A program made the position numbers and the translations under genes. From contig NC_057719.1 in the NCBI RefSeq assembly GCF_004010195.1, positions 19,813,189 to 19,863,338 on the forward strand: 50,150 nucleotides of DNA, read 5' to 3'. Numbering within the stretch: the first letter of the stretch is position 1; each line of letters begins with the position of its first letter. Source of the DNA: Chiloscyllium plagiosum. Its lineage: Eukaryota. This document shows positions 25,741 to 37,215 of the stretch, piece after piece. A model generated the notes under the pieces. It did not search any database. It saw only the letters and a list, made by a program, of their open reading frames with translations, and was not told where the DNA came from.

Positions 25741-26459
25741 CTCAGTATGTTTCATGATAGGCCTGTCATTTCTGAGTTAAAGGAGATGCCTTAATGTTGA
25801 AGTGAACATTTACTAAAGGATTCTCAGAGAGATATGAGGTTTCTTGAAATAAAGTTTTCGGAGATTGGTTCACGTGCAAAGTTGAAGTTAGAACAGTTTG
25901 GGTAAATCCTTCTCTTGTTTTCAAGATATTTTCTTTATATTGTTGGTTCTTTGGATGACTTGTATTAGGTGTTAAGGCTTTTGGCTGAATTCTCTATTGT
26001 CTACAAACTATTTCTGCCAGCTTTTGAGAATAGATAACCATTATGGGTCTCTCATCATGTTTACAAGTTCAATGTCCTTTGACCAAAGAGTGATACGTCA
26101 ATTAATTGCAATCAGCCTGTATTGCCATTTAGTGCCTTGTGGTTCACAAAACCTAATTTGAATGAGGGGAACTGCCAAAATACAATGGAAGTTTTAATAG
26201 GATCCTTTCACATTCATCCTAGACAATTGAATTTCAATGTCTCATTTTGTACAGGGTGACACAGAGTGTTAGGTTGACTGGAATTCTATATTCCTTTTGT
26301 ATTATTATGTCCTTGAACACAATTGTCAATTCCCTGGACAGCTGCGAGTGTCCATATTTAAAAAGGTATTCTCTTGTCATTTAGGCATATCTGTTGGACA
26401 AGCAACAAAGGTTGCAGATTTTACAGTGGCCATGACTTTTTCTAGTCACGTACGTATCA

Positions 26460-26890
26460 TGGTTAGACTGGCATTTATTGCCCCTTCCGAATTGCCCTTA
26501 AGAATGTGGTTGTGAGCTACATTCTTAAGTAGTTGCAGTGCATGAGAAGAAGCTACATCATAGTGCTGGGAGGGAGGGGATTTGAATATTTTGATTGTGA
26601 CGCTATATCACCAAGTCAGAATGGTACATGGCTTGGAAGTGACCTTGTAGGTGATGGTGTTCTCATGCATCTGCTGCTTCTGTCCTTTTAGGTGGCAGAA
26701 AATGCTTGAAAGCATTGTCAATTACTGCACAGCTGTCACTATGCATCGGTGGTAAAGGAAACGAAAGCGAAAGTGCTGTATGTGGTGCCAATCAATCAGA
26801 CTGCTCTGTCCTGGATGCTGTTGACATCCTTGAATGATGTTGGAGCTGGATACATCTAGACAAGTGGAGAGCATCCCATCAAAGTTATGA
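26460..26890 (-). mobile_element. Old family-B LINE 3' fragment
   Basis: Reverse complement similar to 12830-13040 and to the GGGCAATAAATG end motif. Confidence 0.6.
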
Positions 26891-26914
26891 GGTATTCCTT
26901 TTTTAAAGAGAATT

Positions 26915-27194
26915 ATAGAATCTCTACAGTGAGGAAACAGGCCATTCAGCCCATTACATCGACACTGCTCCTCCAAAGAGCATCCCACCCCTACCTTATC
27001 CCTATAATCCTGAATTTCCCATGGCCAATCCACCTAACCAGCACACCTTTCGTGGGAGGAAATCAGAGCACCCGGAAAAAAACCCACACAGACACTGGGA
27101 GAATGTGCAAACTCCACACAGATAGTCACCCAATGATGGAATATAAACCCAGGTCCTCGGTGCTGTAAGGCAGCAGTGCTAACCACTGAGCCAA
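26915..27194 (-). mobile_element. HE1-like SINE
   Basis: Same head, body and tail as 23931-24278. Confidence 0.85.
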
Positions 27195-27425
27195 TGGGCC
27201 ATCCTTTTAGCTGATGGACCTGCACATTTTTGACTGGAAGTGAATTACTTGTTGCTTAATTCTTAACTATTGACCTGCTTGTGTTGCCATGGTATAATCT
27301 GCTAGTGTCCAAATTTGAAAAGTATTGATTGAAAGTTCATAATGAACTAGAACAATTTCAAACATTCCTTTTCATTTCATTATTTTCTGACTGTATCCCT
27401 GTTCATGAGTATCTGGTGCTATCAT

Positions 27426-27770
27426 TGGCTCAGTGATGCCAGCTTTGCCTTTGAAAATGTTGTTAGTTCAAGCCCCATTCAGAATACCTGAGCACATAAG
27501 CCAAGATGACACTTCAGAGCAGTACTTAAGGAGTAACATATTACATTTTCAGGTAAGATATTAAACTTGGGCATTATAAGCCATTTCAATTACATAGTAA
27601 AAAATCTCATAACACTATTTAAAGAACAGCAAGGGCATCCTTACTGGTGATGTGGCAAACATATATTTCTTATTAATATCACTCAAATAGATTATCTAAT
27701 TGCTTTCATTTTATTAATTGTGAGAGCTTACTGTGATCAATACACTGCCATGTTTCATACATTACAATCA
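27426..27770 (+). mobile_element. Ancient Deu-domain SINE (SacSINE1-like)
   Basis: tRNA-like head TGGCTCAGTG..GTTCAAGCCCC; body ...AGATTATCTAATTG...TGTGAGAGCTTACTGTG...CATTACAA; similar to 40620-40942. Confidence 0.65.
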
Positions 27771-27824
27771 AGATGTGTTGTATACTGGAGACTAATCAGG
27801 CTAGATTCTTTTATTTTGGAAGAC

Positions 27825-28110
27825 ATAGAATTCCTACAGTGCGGAAACAGACCATTCAGCCTATTGAGTCCATACTAATCCTACAAAGAGTATGCCACTC
27901 AGACACATACCCCAACCTTGTAAACTTGCACTTCTCATGGCCAATCCATCTAACCTGCACATCATCAACAGTAGGAGGAAACCGGAGCACCAGGAGGAAA
28001 CACACAGATACAGGGAGAATGTGAAAACTCCACACAGGCAGTTTCCCGAGGCTGGAATCAAATCCAAGTCCATGCTACTGCAAGGCTAACCACTGAGCCA
28101 CTGTGCTGCC
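27825..28110 (-). mobile_element. HE1-like SINE
   Basis: Same head, body and tail as other copies. Confidence 0.85.
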
Positions 28111-28804
28111 TTATTAGAATTACTTCATTAACATTTATTTAAAATTACTTCTGGCTGGAGCAATTGCAAGTTTGACTGAGACAAAATAAAATATTTAAAA
28201 ATGCAAAGCCACTCAGTCTGGTGTGGAGAGAACTAACAAATCTCCTATGTGTTGGCAATAGGGTGCAAAAAGACAAATTCTCTACAATATCCAAATTCAC
28301 TGAAGTCCACTATTGTTAGGAAGACATTTTAAAAATGATTGTCCTGAAAAGATTCACCTGAAAGGACCTCTTGAAAATATTAGCTGGAATTAATATTGCA
28401 AGGAAGATTGTGAGAGCTTTTGGCACATGGCTGACTTGGAAACTGTTGTCTGCACTTCCCTCTTTCTCTCTCTAAGTGAACCTGGCTCAGTTCTCATGTA
28501 AACAATCAGAGAAAAAGTAGCTGGAGGTGAGAACTTTAAATAATTCCTTCTGCTGACTGAATTCAGAAAACTCACTAACTAACCTTAGTTCTAAGTTAAA
28601 ACCCTTCTAAGACACCCACACGACTTCAAATGGTATTTTCTTTAAATATCTTCTGAGATGGATACTAATCTCTTTTATTTGTGTGTGTGTTGTGTAACTG
28701 CTCAAAAACCACATTCTTGATGCATGTCAGGATTATTTTTCTCAGGGCTGATAATGTGTTGCTGGAAAAGCGCAGCAGGTCAGGCAGCATCCAGGGAACA
28801 GGAG

Positions 28805-28840
28805 AATCGACGTTTCGGGCATAAGCCCTTCTTCAGGATT
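28805..28840 (-). ncRNA. Minimal type I hammerhead ribozyme motif
   Basis: AAUC CUGAAGA A GGGC-UUAU-GCCC GAA ACGU C GAUU; stem I AAUC/GAUU perfect. Confidence 0.8.
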
Positions 28841-28873
28841 CCTGAAGAAGGGCTTATGCCCGAAACGTCGATT
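28838..28873 (+). ncRNA. Minimal type I hammerhead ribozyme motif
   Basis: AUUC CUGAAGA A GGGC-UUAU-GCCC GAA ACGU C GAUU; predicted cut after 28869. Confidence 0.78.
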
Positions 28874-29469
28874 CTCCTGTTCCCTGGATGCTGCCTGACC
28901 TGCTGCGCTTTTCCAGCAACACATTTTCAGCTCTGATCTCCAGCATCTGCAGACCTCACTTTCTCCTCCTTATTTTTCTCAGGGTTAATCGGCAATAGCC
29001 TTGTTTTTTAATTTAAGAAACCTCATGATTAGCTGTTTATTGCCAATAATGAAAATAGATAACTATCTTAGGATTTGAAGGAAGTCTAGTCTTATGCTAA
29101 AAGAGAACTAAACATCTATGCGATCAACTGCGGAGATTTGGATAATTCTTTTCTCATCAGGTTATATCTGTGTATAGATACATTTTTCATGGTAAATTAT
29201 TCTCCACTAACTGAGAGGCCCCTACATCCAAAAAGTATAATCTTTATATTTCATTTTCATAAATGGTGATCTATGGTCACTGTAGGTGTTATTGCTGAGG
29301 AACTTGACTTTACTTTCCAACCCTTCGTCCTCTCTTGTGAACCGCTGGTGTGTTGTGTGCTTTGCCTCTAGCAGGGTATTGTAGCTGATATGTCAGTGCT
29401 TATGCCAGCTCCCATTGCACAAAACAAGACATGTTATGTGGTTCTGACAGATTCAATGAATGTTTATAT

Positions 29470-29670
29470 TGCGCTTGTCACCATAGTCTTACCAGGCCAT
29501 TGTGTTGTTCTCTCCTCAAAGAGAGATGAAGTTTAACCTTAGGGTCATCATGCCTCAGTTTAAGGGAAATGTTGAGAATGAGAGTTCTTCATGGTCACCT
29601 CAGCTGGTGTGGGAATTGAACCCATTCTCCTGTTGTTAAAACAGCAGGTATTTCAGTGTCTGGGCTAATA
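29470..29670 (-). mobile_element. Decayed tRNA-derived SINE (non-HE1)
   Basis: Minus-strand B box GGGTTCAATTCCC at ~29611-29623; family not assigned. Confidence 0.5.
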
Positions 29671-30589
29671 TTAATCTTTTCAGTTGCAAGCAGGAACATG
29701 CTTCTATCAGCATATCATGCTTCAAGTCATCCCAGTTAAGAGGGAATCTGGTAGCTTTATACCCTCACGTCAATGTTATGATATAGTGTTTCTGATATCA
29801 TAAACAAGCCACTTAAGATTATACTGCATTCTAACTGTGAGATATAATACAACAACTTCTTCCGAGCATGGAGTCTCCACTAAACAACAATTATCACAAG
29901 ATAGGTGAGTATCAAGAAATTTCTTGTCAAACGTGAAGTTCCATTGTTCTTTCATTGAGATTTTAAAAAAAAATCAATCCAGTAATCACAATCCTTCAAA
30001 ATCAAATCTACAAAAAGTATTAAATATGGAACCTTCATAACATCCGATGTGGTCAACATTGGTAACCCCATCTCCAGTTGTACTGAATCAAGTGGCACGT
30101 TAAGAGGAGGGTTAAAAGTTAAGTATGGGACTGGAGTCAAACACATATTAGTAGGTTCTCTTCATTAAAAGAACCAGTTGGGGATTTTTATGTCAATCGT
30201 TAAGGACCAGCCTTTCATTTTAAAATTCGTCATTTTTAAAACTGGATTTAAATTCTCAACTCACAAGTTTAGACTTGAAATTATTTTCCTTGCATCGTGA
30301 GTCGAAGCCTCTGGATCATTAACCCCCCAGCACAACTACTGTAAAAGGAAGTCACTGTAGATCGCCGTACTATCTCATGTTTATTAGGGGGCTAACACAG
30401 CTGATATGCTTTGCATTAGCCATTATTCTTGGAAGGTCAGGGAAAGTAACTATTTATCCCATTGTTATCTCTGTATAGAATAGTTCAGACTCACTGGACT
30501 CTTGTGTATTTCACCAGATGTGAAAACTTGCTTGAAACGTGGATCATCTAGTGCTGATGTTGTAACTCTAAATCTGGTTGGAATTTAGG

Positions 30590-31110
30590 AACATAGGAGT
30601 AGGAGAAGCCATTTGATCCTTCATTTATTTCCCCTGTTTTACAACCTGATCTAATCTCAATTGCATTTTCTGGTCCACTCCCCACCCACAACTCTTCAAT
30701 CCCTTGTCTATCAATTATATATTTAAATTAGCCTTGAATGCATTCACTGTATATTGGGAAAAACGTTCCACAGAACAATGACCTCCAGAGAAATAAAGTT
30801 TTCTTCATTCCATCTTAAATGGCAGACCCTATTTTTCAACTGTGACTCTCTCACTTCTCCCATAGGAGGAAGCACCTTATCTGCCCGACCAAGTCCACTC
30901 AGGATAATATATATTCCTCATTCTTCTTAACTCTGATGGGTACAGACCTAACTTGTTTAACCTTTCTTAAGATAAGTCCTTCATCTCAGAAATCAATTGA
31001 CTGAACCTTCTTTGAACTGTTTCAAATCCAATTATAATCATTTTTTTCAAATAAGGAGAGCAAAACTACATAGAACACCAAATGTAGTGTCACTTAAGAT
31101 GATAACGTAC
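30590..31110 (-). mobile_element. Decayed CR1 3' fragment
   Basis: Begins GGAACATAGGAG like other CR1 tails; minus strand FYVVLLS/LLEQF-like remains. Confidence 0.6.
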
Positions 31111-31249
31111 TGAAGAAATGCAAGTCTTTTTAATTCTATGTCTTGACAGATTCTCTGTAAAATGTGAAAGATTCTCCTGTTGTAAAGGTTGCAGACAGAA
31201 ATATAATTCTCTTTTCTCATAACCTCACCAGTATTATTCTTCACTTCCA

Positions 31250-32560
31250 GATTCTAGCCCTGAGGGCCTGACAACAGTGACATAGTTCAATTCCCTCACA
31301 CAGCTAGTCAAGGTCAGTGAATGCATCTTCACATGACATCTCCTACGCACCATATCACCAACCACGCACTCTGCTCAGTGCACCACACCCCCATTACTCA
31401 CCCATCAATAAGTCTGGCAGTCAGGGCTGAGGCATAACAGTCAAATACTCTACCTTACTCACAAACACACAGCAAGGGTGTGCTCATTCATCCTCATACT
31501 TCCTCATTACCTCCTCATACTTCCAACTGTTCATCTAGGACGAGGATATCATGCAAATGGAGTGCAAAAGTGAAGATACCTCTTTCTCCATAGCAGGACA
31601 TGATGACCTATAACTGGAGGGGTCAGTACAGAACTGGAATGGACCAGGTCAACATCTAAGCCCACTGCAGGAAACTGCTCCACATCGTGAAGCTAACATT
31701 TAGAGATGCTATTGCATTTGGTACTGCCAATACATTTCAGTGTGACAGTGCTTTCAAATCTTATAACTCTTCTCACTTTACACCCCTAACCTCAATCTGC
31801 TCTCTGATATGACACGCAATCTGCAGATTGTGTAGCATTGTAGCACGTTATTTTCCCATTCCACTTTCATCATCTCAATCCATCTGATTATATGCTGTTA
31901 GATTCTAAGAACAGTCACTCTGCCAGTAGTGCAGCTTCATGGGGTAGAAGTGTTGATAACATGATCTGAGACCCACAACGAACAGCTAGAGACTGCTTCA
32001 GCATTTACTTAAAACTGGAATAAGGAGTTAGATCATGCATGTGCTGAATAACCAAGCATGAATGGGTTGCAAATAGCTTGGAAGGAAGTACAGTTTGTGT
32101 ACCAGGTACCCAGTCACAGATTAGTTCTGCTACATTGGAATCAGATGAGGACCTAGATGAAACAACTTTTATGAAAATAATGATGTGGATGTTCACTGAG
32201 ATACTTGGTACGTTGACAATCACTCTCTAAAACCTATTGCTATCAATGGCATGGAGCATTCAGAACCAATGTGAAAGAGGGCATCGTGCAGTTTGTTGCC
32301 AAAGCTATCCACTCTGTGACCTTGCAAACCCAGCAAGGTGATCCAGTATCTCAAAGCTATTAATTTGGCTCCTATTACAGCTCAGGTAGAAGTTGCTTCA
32401 CACCTCAGTGCTCTAGTGGAAGTTCAGCAGAGGACATGAGATTCATGCTAGCTGCCTGGCAGGTTCAGCTTCCATCTGACGCAGGGGTCGCAGTTCTCAA
32501 AAGGGATGTCAGATTTATCTGTGTGTGTGCCCCAACTGATTCTTCTGGTTATTCTGTCAT
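31250..32560 (+). pseudogene. Decayed spliced Myb/SANT-like gene of PIF/Harbinger type
   Basis: LALRA*QQ*H..FNSLTQLVK|GTCAGT donor at 31313; acceptor TCTTTCTCCATAGCAG at 31596; DMMTYNWRGQYRTG..HLSPLQET; later ESDEDLDE..TEILGTL. Confidence 0.6.
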
Positions 32561-33094
32561 GGAATATAGAAACCATTTGCAAGGCCAGAATTTCTTACCT
32601 GAACCAAAATGCCTTTAAATTGAAGGTCTTGCAAGGCTATTTCAGAGTACAGTTAAGACACAACCATACTGCTGTGGATCTGAACTCATTTAGGCAAGAC
32701 CAGCTAAGAATGGCTGATATCTTTCTGTACAGGGGATCAGTGAACCAGATGGGTAGATAATATCAATTAATGGTATTTCATGGCACCAGCATTGAGACAA
32801 GCTTTATTTTCCAGACTTATGAATTGACATTAATATTCACCAGTTGCCATGACAGAATATGAACCCATTTTTTAAAAAAGAAACTCATTCAGGGGAAATG
32901 GGCACCAGTGGCTGTGACACCACTAGTTTGAGAAGATGGTGGTGAGTTGCTGTCTTGAGCCACTGCTGTCCATTTAAGGTGAGTACCTCCACAATGCTGT
33001 TACATAAGGAGACAGAGGAGTTGCTCCTCAAGCTAGCTTTGTGCTTCATTGCTTTATTGCAGCAAACCCAGAGCAGAAAGGTGACCATCAGAAA

Positions 33095-33420
33095 AAAAGT
33101 GGTTTATTGAAATGGTTGGCAGCTGGGAGATCAGGGTCAGTCCTACAGACAGATTGGAGGTGCTGCACAAAGCTGACACCCAGTCTGTGTTGGTCTTGCC
33201 AATGTAAGGAACATGCATTGTGAGTAACGAATGCAGTAGACTAGATTGAAAGAAGGATAGCTTGAATGTTGCTTCAACTGAAAGGTATGTTTTGGGATGT
33301 TGGACATTGAGGAAGCAGGAGGTGAATGGGAAATATTACACCTTCTGCGATTGCACAGGAGGGTGCAATTGAGAAGTGAGGAAACTTTAGGAGTGAGGGA
33401 GGCGTGGATCAGGGTGACCT
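33095..33420 (-). mobile_element. Decayed Neptune-type PLE GIY-YIG fragment
   Basis: Minus strand NLVYCIRYSQC..LYIGKT..RLGVSFVQHL, homologous to 46560-46660. Confidence 0.7.
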
Positions 33421-33940
33421 AACACTGACGAAGTGACTGCTTTGCAGAATGCCTCTGCTCTTTTGCAGGAGTACACAGACCTCCCAGTTATTTTCTGGAA
33501 AAGAAAGGTTGGCTACTTAGAGGCAAAGGATATCCCTGCAACCTCTACCACCCAACTGATGGCTCCAGATTGTTAATAAGAGATATCATGGAAATGCTTC
33601 TGTCATTTGGACAGCTTGGACAGGTGAGCATAAAGGGTTATTACAATGATTATTAGATTATACCTAACAGTTCATAGTGGTCAGCCAATTCATCCACAAC
33701 TTTACTTTAAGGCACAGCCATTGCCACCAGGAATAGAGGGACTGTCTCATGGAGAAAAAGAGCCATTTGAAACCTCTTCTTAACTCTGAATTGTTTCCAA
33801 GTGCCTACTGTGGTCTCAGTATTGAATTCCAGAATATTTAGAACCTGACTGTATTATGTCTGTTCTCCATTTTTTTCACCTTCCTCCACCCACACCCCCA
33901 CCCCCCTTCAGCCACATGCACAAACACATATCTTATAATG

Positions 33941-34365
33941 TTGAGTCATACACCACGGAAACAGATCCTTTGATCCAGCCAGTCCATGCCAAACATAATC
34001 CCAAACTAAACTAGTCCCACTTGCCTGGTCCTGGCCCATATCCCTCCAAACATTTCCTGCTTATGTGCTTACCTAAGTGTCTTTTAAACATTCTAACTGT
34101 GCTTGCATCTACCATTTCCTCAGGAAGTTCATTCCACATGTGAACCACCCTCTGTGGAAAACAAATTCCCCTCATATCGTTTTTAAATCTCTCTCCACTC
34201 ACCTTAAAAATGTGCTCCCTCTTCTTGAAATCTCCCATTCAAGGAAAAGACAACTACTTTTAACTCTCTCTATACCACTCATGATTTTATAAACCTCTAT
34301 AAGGTCACCTCTCAAACTTCTGCGCTCCAGGAAAAAAAGTTCCTGTCTATCCAGCCATTTTTTAG
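33941..34365 (-). mobile_element. CR1 3' fragment
   Basis: FPQRVVHMWNELP...FKRHL. Confidence 0.88.
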
Positions 34366-34369
34366 CTTA

Positions 34370-34812
34370 GAATCAGTCTAAACATTATGGCGCACACAGG
34401 GGGCTAACACCTTCAATGTATTATCTGGGCTGACACCAATTGCTGAAAAATGTGTTGCTGGAAAAGTGCAGCAGGTCAGGCAGCATCCAAGGAGCAGGAG
34501 AATTGACGTTTCGGGCATAAGCCGACACCAATTGTTAAAGTTCACTTGAGAATGTAACTTAGAAAAAAAGTTTTGCAATTTACATATGAAAGAAGTGAAA
34601 CTAACATGGTCATTCTAACAGATGAGAGACTTAACAAACAAGGTATTTTTCAATGTATAATTTCTGTTACATCATAATGTAAACTTTTGCGATAAATGCT
34701 GTGTCTTACAATCGTGTACTCCACAACCACCTGATGAAGGAGCAGCGCTCCAAAAGCTAGTGCTTCCAAATAAGCCTGTTGGACTATAACCTGGTGTTGT
34801 GTGATTTTTAAC
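34370..34812 (+). mobile_element. PLE 3' region (second family) with core-mutated hammerhead
   Basis: CAC CUGAUGA A GGAGC-AGC-GCUCC AAA AGCU A GUG at 34728-34762 (G12 is A); ends GTGATTTTTAAC like 18051-18136; absent from the paralog at ~41175. Confidence 0.75.
34443..34523 (-). mobile_element. Single-arm PLE end (same family as the palindromes) nested in another PLE
   Basis: Matches 44310-44389; TSD GACACCAATTG at 34432-34442 and 34524-34534. Confidence 0.88.
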
Positions 34813-34879
34813 CTTATTTTAAACATAGTAGAAAGTACTAATTCACTCATATTCATATCTTGATTTACATCAATGTTCC

Positions 34880-35135
34880 ATTTTTTTCTCTCTTTCTCAA
34901 CCATTAACAACCCATTTGTCTTTTTCTCTGGGCCTCTGCCTTTGTCAAAAGTATTTATAAAAGGAAGCATTTTCCAACACCTTTCCATTTTGAAAAAGAA
35001 TCAAACTAGACTCAAAACATTAATTCTGTTTCTCTCTCCACAGATACTGCCAGACCGGCATTATCCAGCAGAGTTTCTCCAGCATTCTCTGTGTTTATTT
35101 CAGCTTTCCAGCATCAGTGGCATTTTGCCTTTACT
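34880..35135 (+). mobile_element. Old PLE-type 3' end relic
   Basis: TTGAAAAAGAATC..GACTCAAAACATTAA..CTCTCCACAGATACTGCCAGAC, same layout as 770-866. Confidence 0.55.
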
Positions 35136-36334
35136 AAGACAATCATTTTGCCTTACTGACCACAATTCAGGACAAACACAATCCACAGCAGCTTTCACCA
35201 TATTAGGAAATAACTCATTAACTAATACCAGAGGAAAGAAAGAAACACTAACTATGTGCCTTGAACAATGAATCTTCAAAAACCCAAAGATACACAAACT
35301 CATCCACAAGTGAAACAGTCAACAGACAAGCTATTTGAGACAAATATTATAGTGTAAAATAAAGTCAGGGAATAACAATTTTGAAAATCCAATGTCCAGA
35401 TTGCAAGAGTGGGTGAAATTATTTCTCATATTTCCTTCTGATTTCAGTAGTAATGAAATATCGTTTTCTTTAAAGTAGATGGTCATTTTGATCATTGTTT
35501 CTATGGACCTTGTTCTTTCCATGTATTAGAATTCCTTCTTTCAAGATCTTGGTTTTTTTCTGTCTTTCCACTTAGTGAAAGAGATGGGAGAGAGGTGTTT
35601 TCTGTTTGCCAACTCTCATGGTCTCTGGATGCTCTTACATTTCTGTAACAAATTGCAGCTCAACCAATCCGAGGCCTGATGTCTCGCAGATTTCCTCAAC
35701 TCAAAAACCTCCTGGGCCACTCTGTCTCAAAGTAACAATTTTGCCACTTTGAAAGCAAAATTGTCATGCACGGCTAAACATCTGTATTATTGATTTTCAA
35801 ACTTGCAAAACTTTCCTGGTATTTCACTTCAACTTCCATTCCAGTCTGTTGTCTTCTAAGGAAAAAAAAGGGTACTTTCGACTGTCAACGTCTACTCTGT
35901 TAAATTTCCCCAGTCTTCAAATATCCACTAAATAAAAACCATTTTACTCAATCTCTCCCTAATTCCAGTAAAATGATCTAGTTAACCTTTCTTGACCCTC
36001 TTAGACACGTATATTTTACCATAGGCAATGGCAATAAAACTAAACAATACTTCAAAATTATCAGACCAAAGTCCTCCATTATTGCAGCAAGACTTCATTG
36101 TATACATGAACTTTGTTACAATAATGGCTAATATTCTATCAGCTTTCCTCACTTCTTGTTGCATATTCAGGTAAATTCGGGAAAACCCTATGAATTTCAT
36201 TATCTTTAAAGATCTTTAACACGGTCAAAATAAAACAAAATTACATAGAGCTTATGCAATACGATAATAGAAACAAGTCAATAGCCTGAGTCAAATATGC
36301 TGTGGTTCTGTTCGCCGAGCTGGAAGTTTTTGTT

Positions 36335-36374
36335 GCAAACGTTTCGTCCCCTGTCTAGGTGACATCCTCAGTGC
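36335..36374 (-). ncRNA. Minimal type I hammerhead ribozyme motif (third family)
   Basis: GCA CUGAGGA U GUCACCU-AGAC-AGGGGAC GAA ACGU U UGC. Confidence 0.75.
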
Positions 36375-36668
36375 TTGGGAGCCTCCTGTGAAGTGCTTCT
36401 GTGGTGTTTCCTCCGGCATTTATAGTGGCCTGTCCCTGCCGCTTCCGGTTGTCAGTTTCAGCCGTCCGCTGTAGTGGCCGGTATATTGGGTCCAGGTCTA
36501 TGTGTTTGTTGATGGAGTTTGTGGATGAGTGCCAGGCTTCTAGGAATTCCCTGGCTGTTCTTTGTTTCGCTTGCCCTATAATGGTAGTGTTGTCCCAGTC
36601 AAATTCATGTTGCTTGTCGTCTGCATGTGTGGCTACTAGGGATAGCTGGTCGTGTCATTTCGTGGCTA

Positions 36669-37215
36669 NNNNNNNNNNNNNNNNNNNNNNNNNNNNNNNN
36701 NNNNNNNNNNNNNNNNNNNNNNNNNNNNNNNNNNNNNNNNNNNNNNNNNNNNNNNNNNNNNNNNNNNNNNNNNNNNNNNNNNNNNNNNNNNNNNNNNNNN
36801 NNNNNNNNNNNNNNNNNNNNNNNNNNNNNNNNNNNNNNNNNNNNNNNNNNNNNNNNNNNNNNNNNNNNNNNNNNNNNNNNNNNNNNNNNNNNNNNNNNNN
36901 NNNNNNNNNNNNNNNNNNNNNNNNNNNNNNNNNNNNNNNNNNNNNNNNNNNNNNNNNNNNNNNNNNNNNNNNNNNNNNNNNNNNNNNNNNNNNNNNNNNN
37001 NNNNNNNNNNNNNNNNNNNNNNNNNNNNNNNNNNNNNNNNNNNNNNNNNNNNNNNNNNNNNNNNNNNNNNNNNNNNNNNNNNNNNNNNNNNNNNNNNNNN
37101 NNNNNNNNNNNNNNNNNNNNNNNNNNNNNNNNNNNNNNNNNNNNNNNNNNNNNNNNNNNNNNNNNNNNNNNNNNNNNNNNNNNNNNNNNNNNNNNNNNNN
37201 NNNNNNNNNNNNNNN
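36669..37215. other. Assembly gap (N run)
   Basis: 547 Ns inside a PLE. Confidence 1.

Larger units (their letters stand above)
28748..28969. mobile_element. Palindromic PLE-derived mini-element, 15 bp TSD
   Basis: 91 nt arms 28748-28838 and 28840-28930 (1 mismatch) plus a 39 nt one-sided tail; TTATTTTTCTCAGGG at 28733-28747 and 28970-28984. Confidence 0.93.

Noticed and set aside
28724..28936. Same peptide (MCCWKSAAGQ...) on both strands, repeated at 44272-44586
   Set aside because: Automatic consequence of the DNA palindrome, not a protein family
28748..28969. Classical DNA-transposon MITE, CRISPR array or rho-independent terminator
   Set aside because: Arms match a PLE 3' end, the TSD is 15 bp, one arm has an asymmetric tail, there is no repeat-spacer array, and the DNA is eukaryotic
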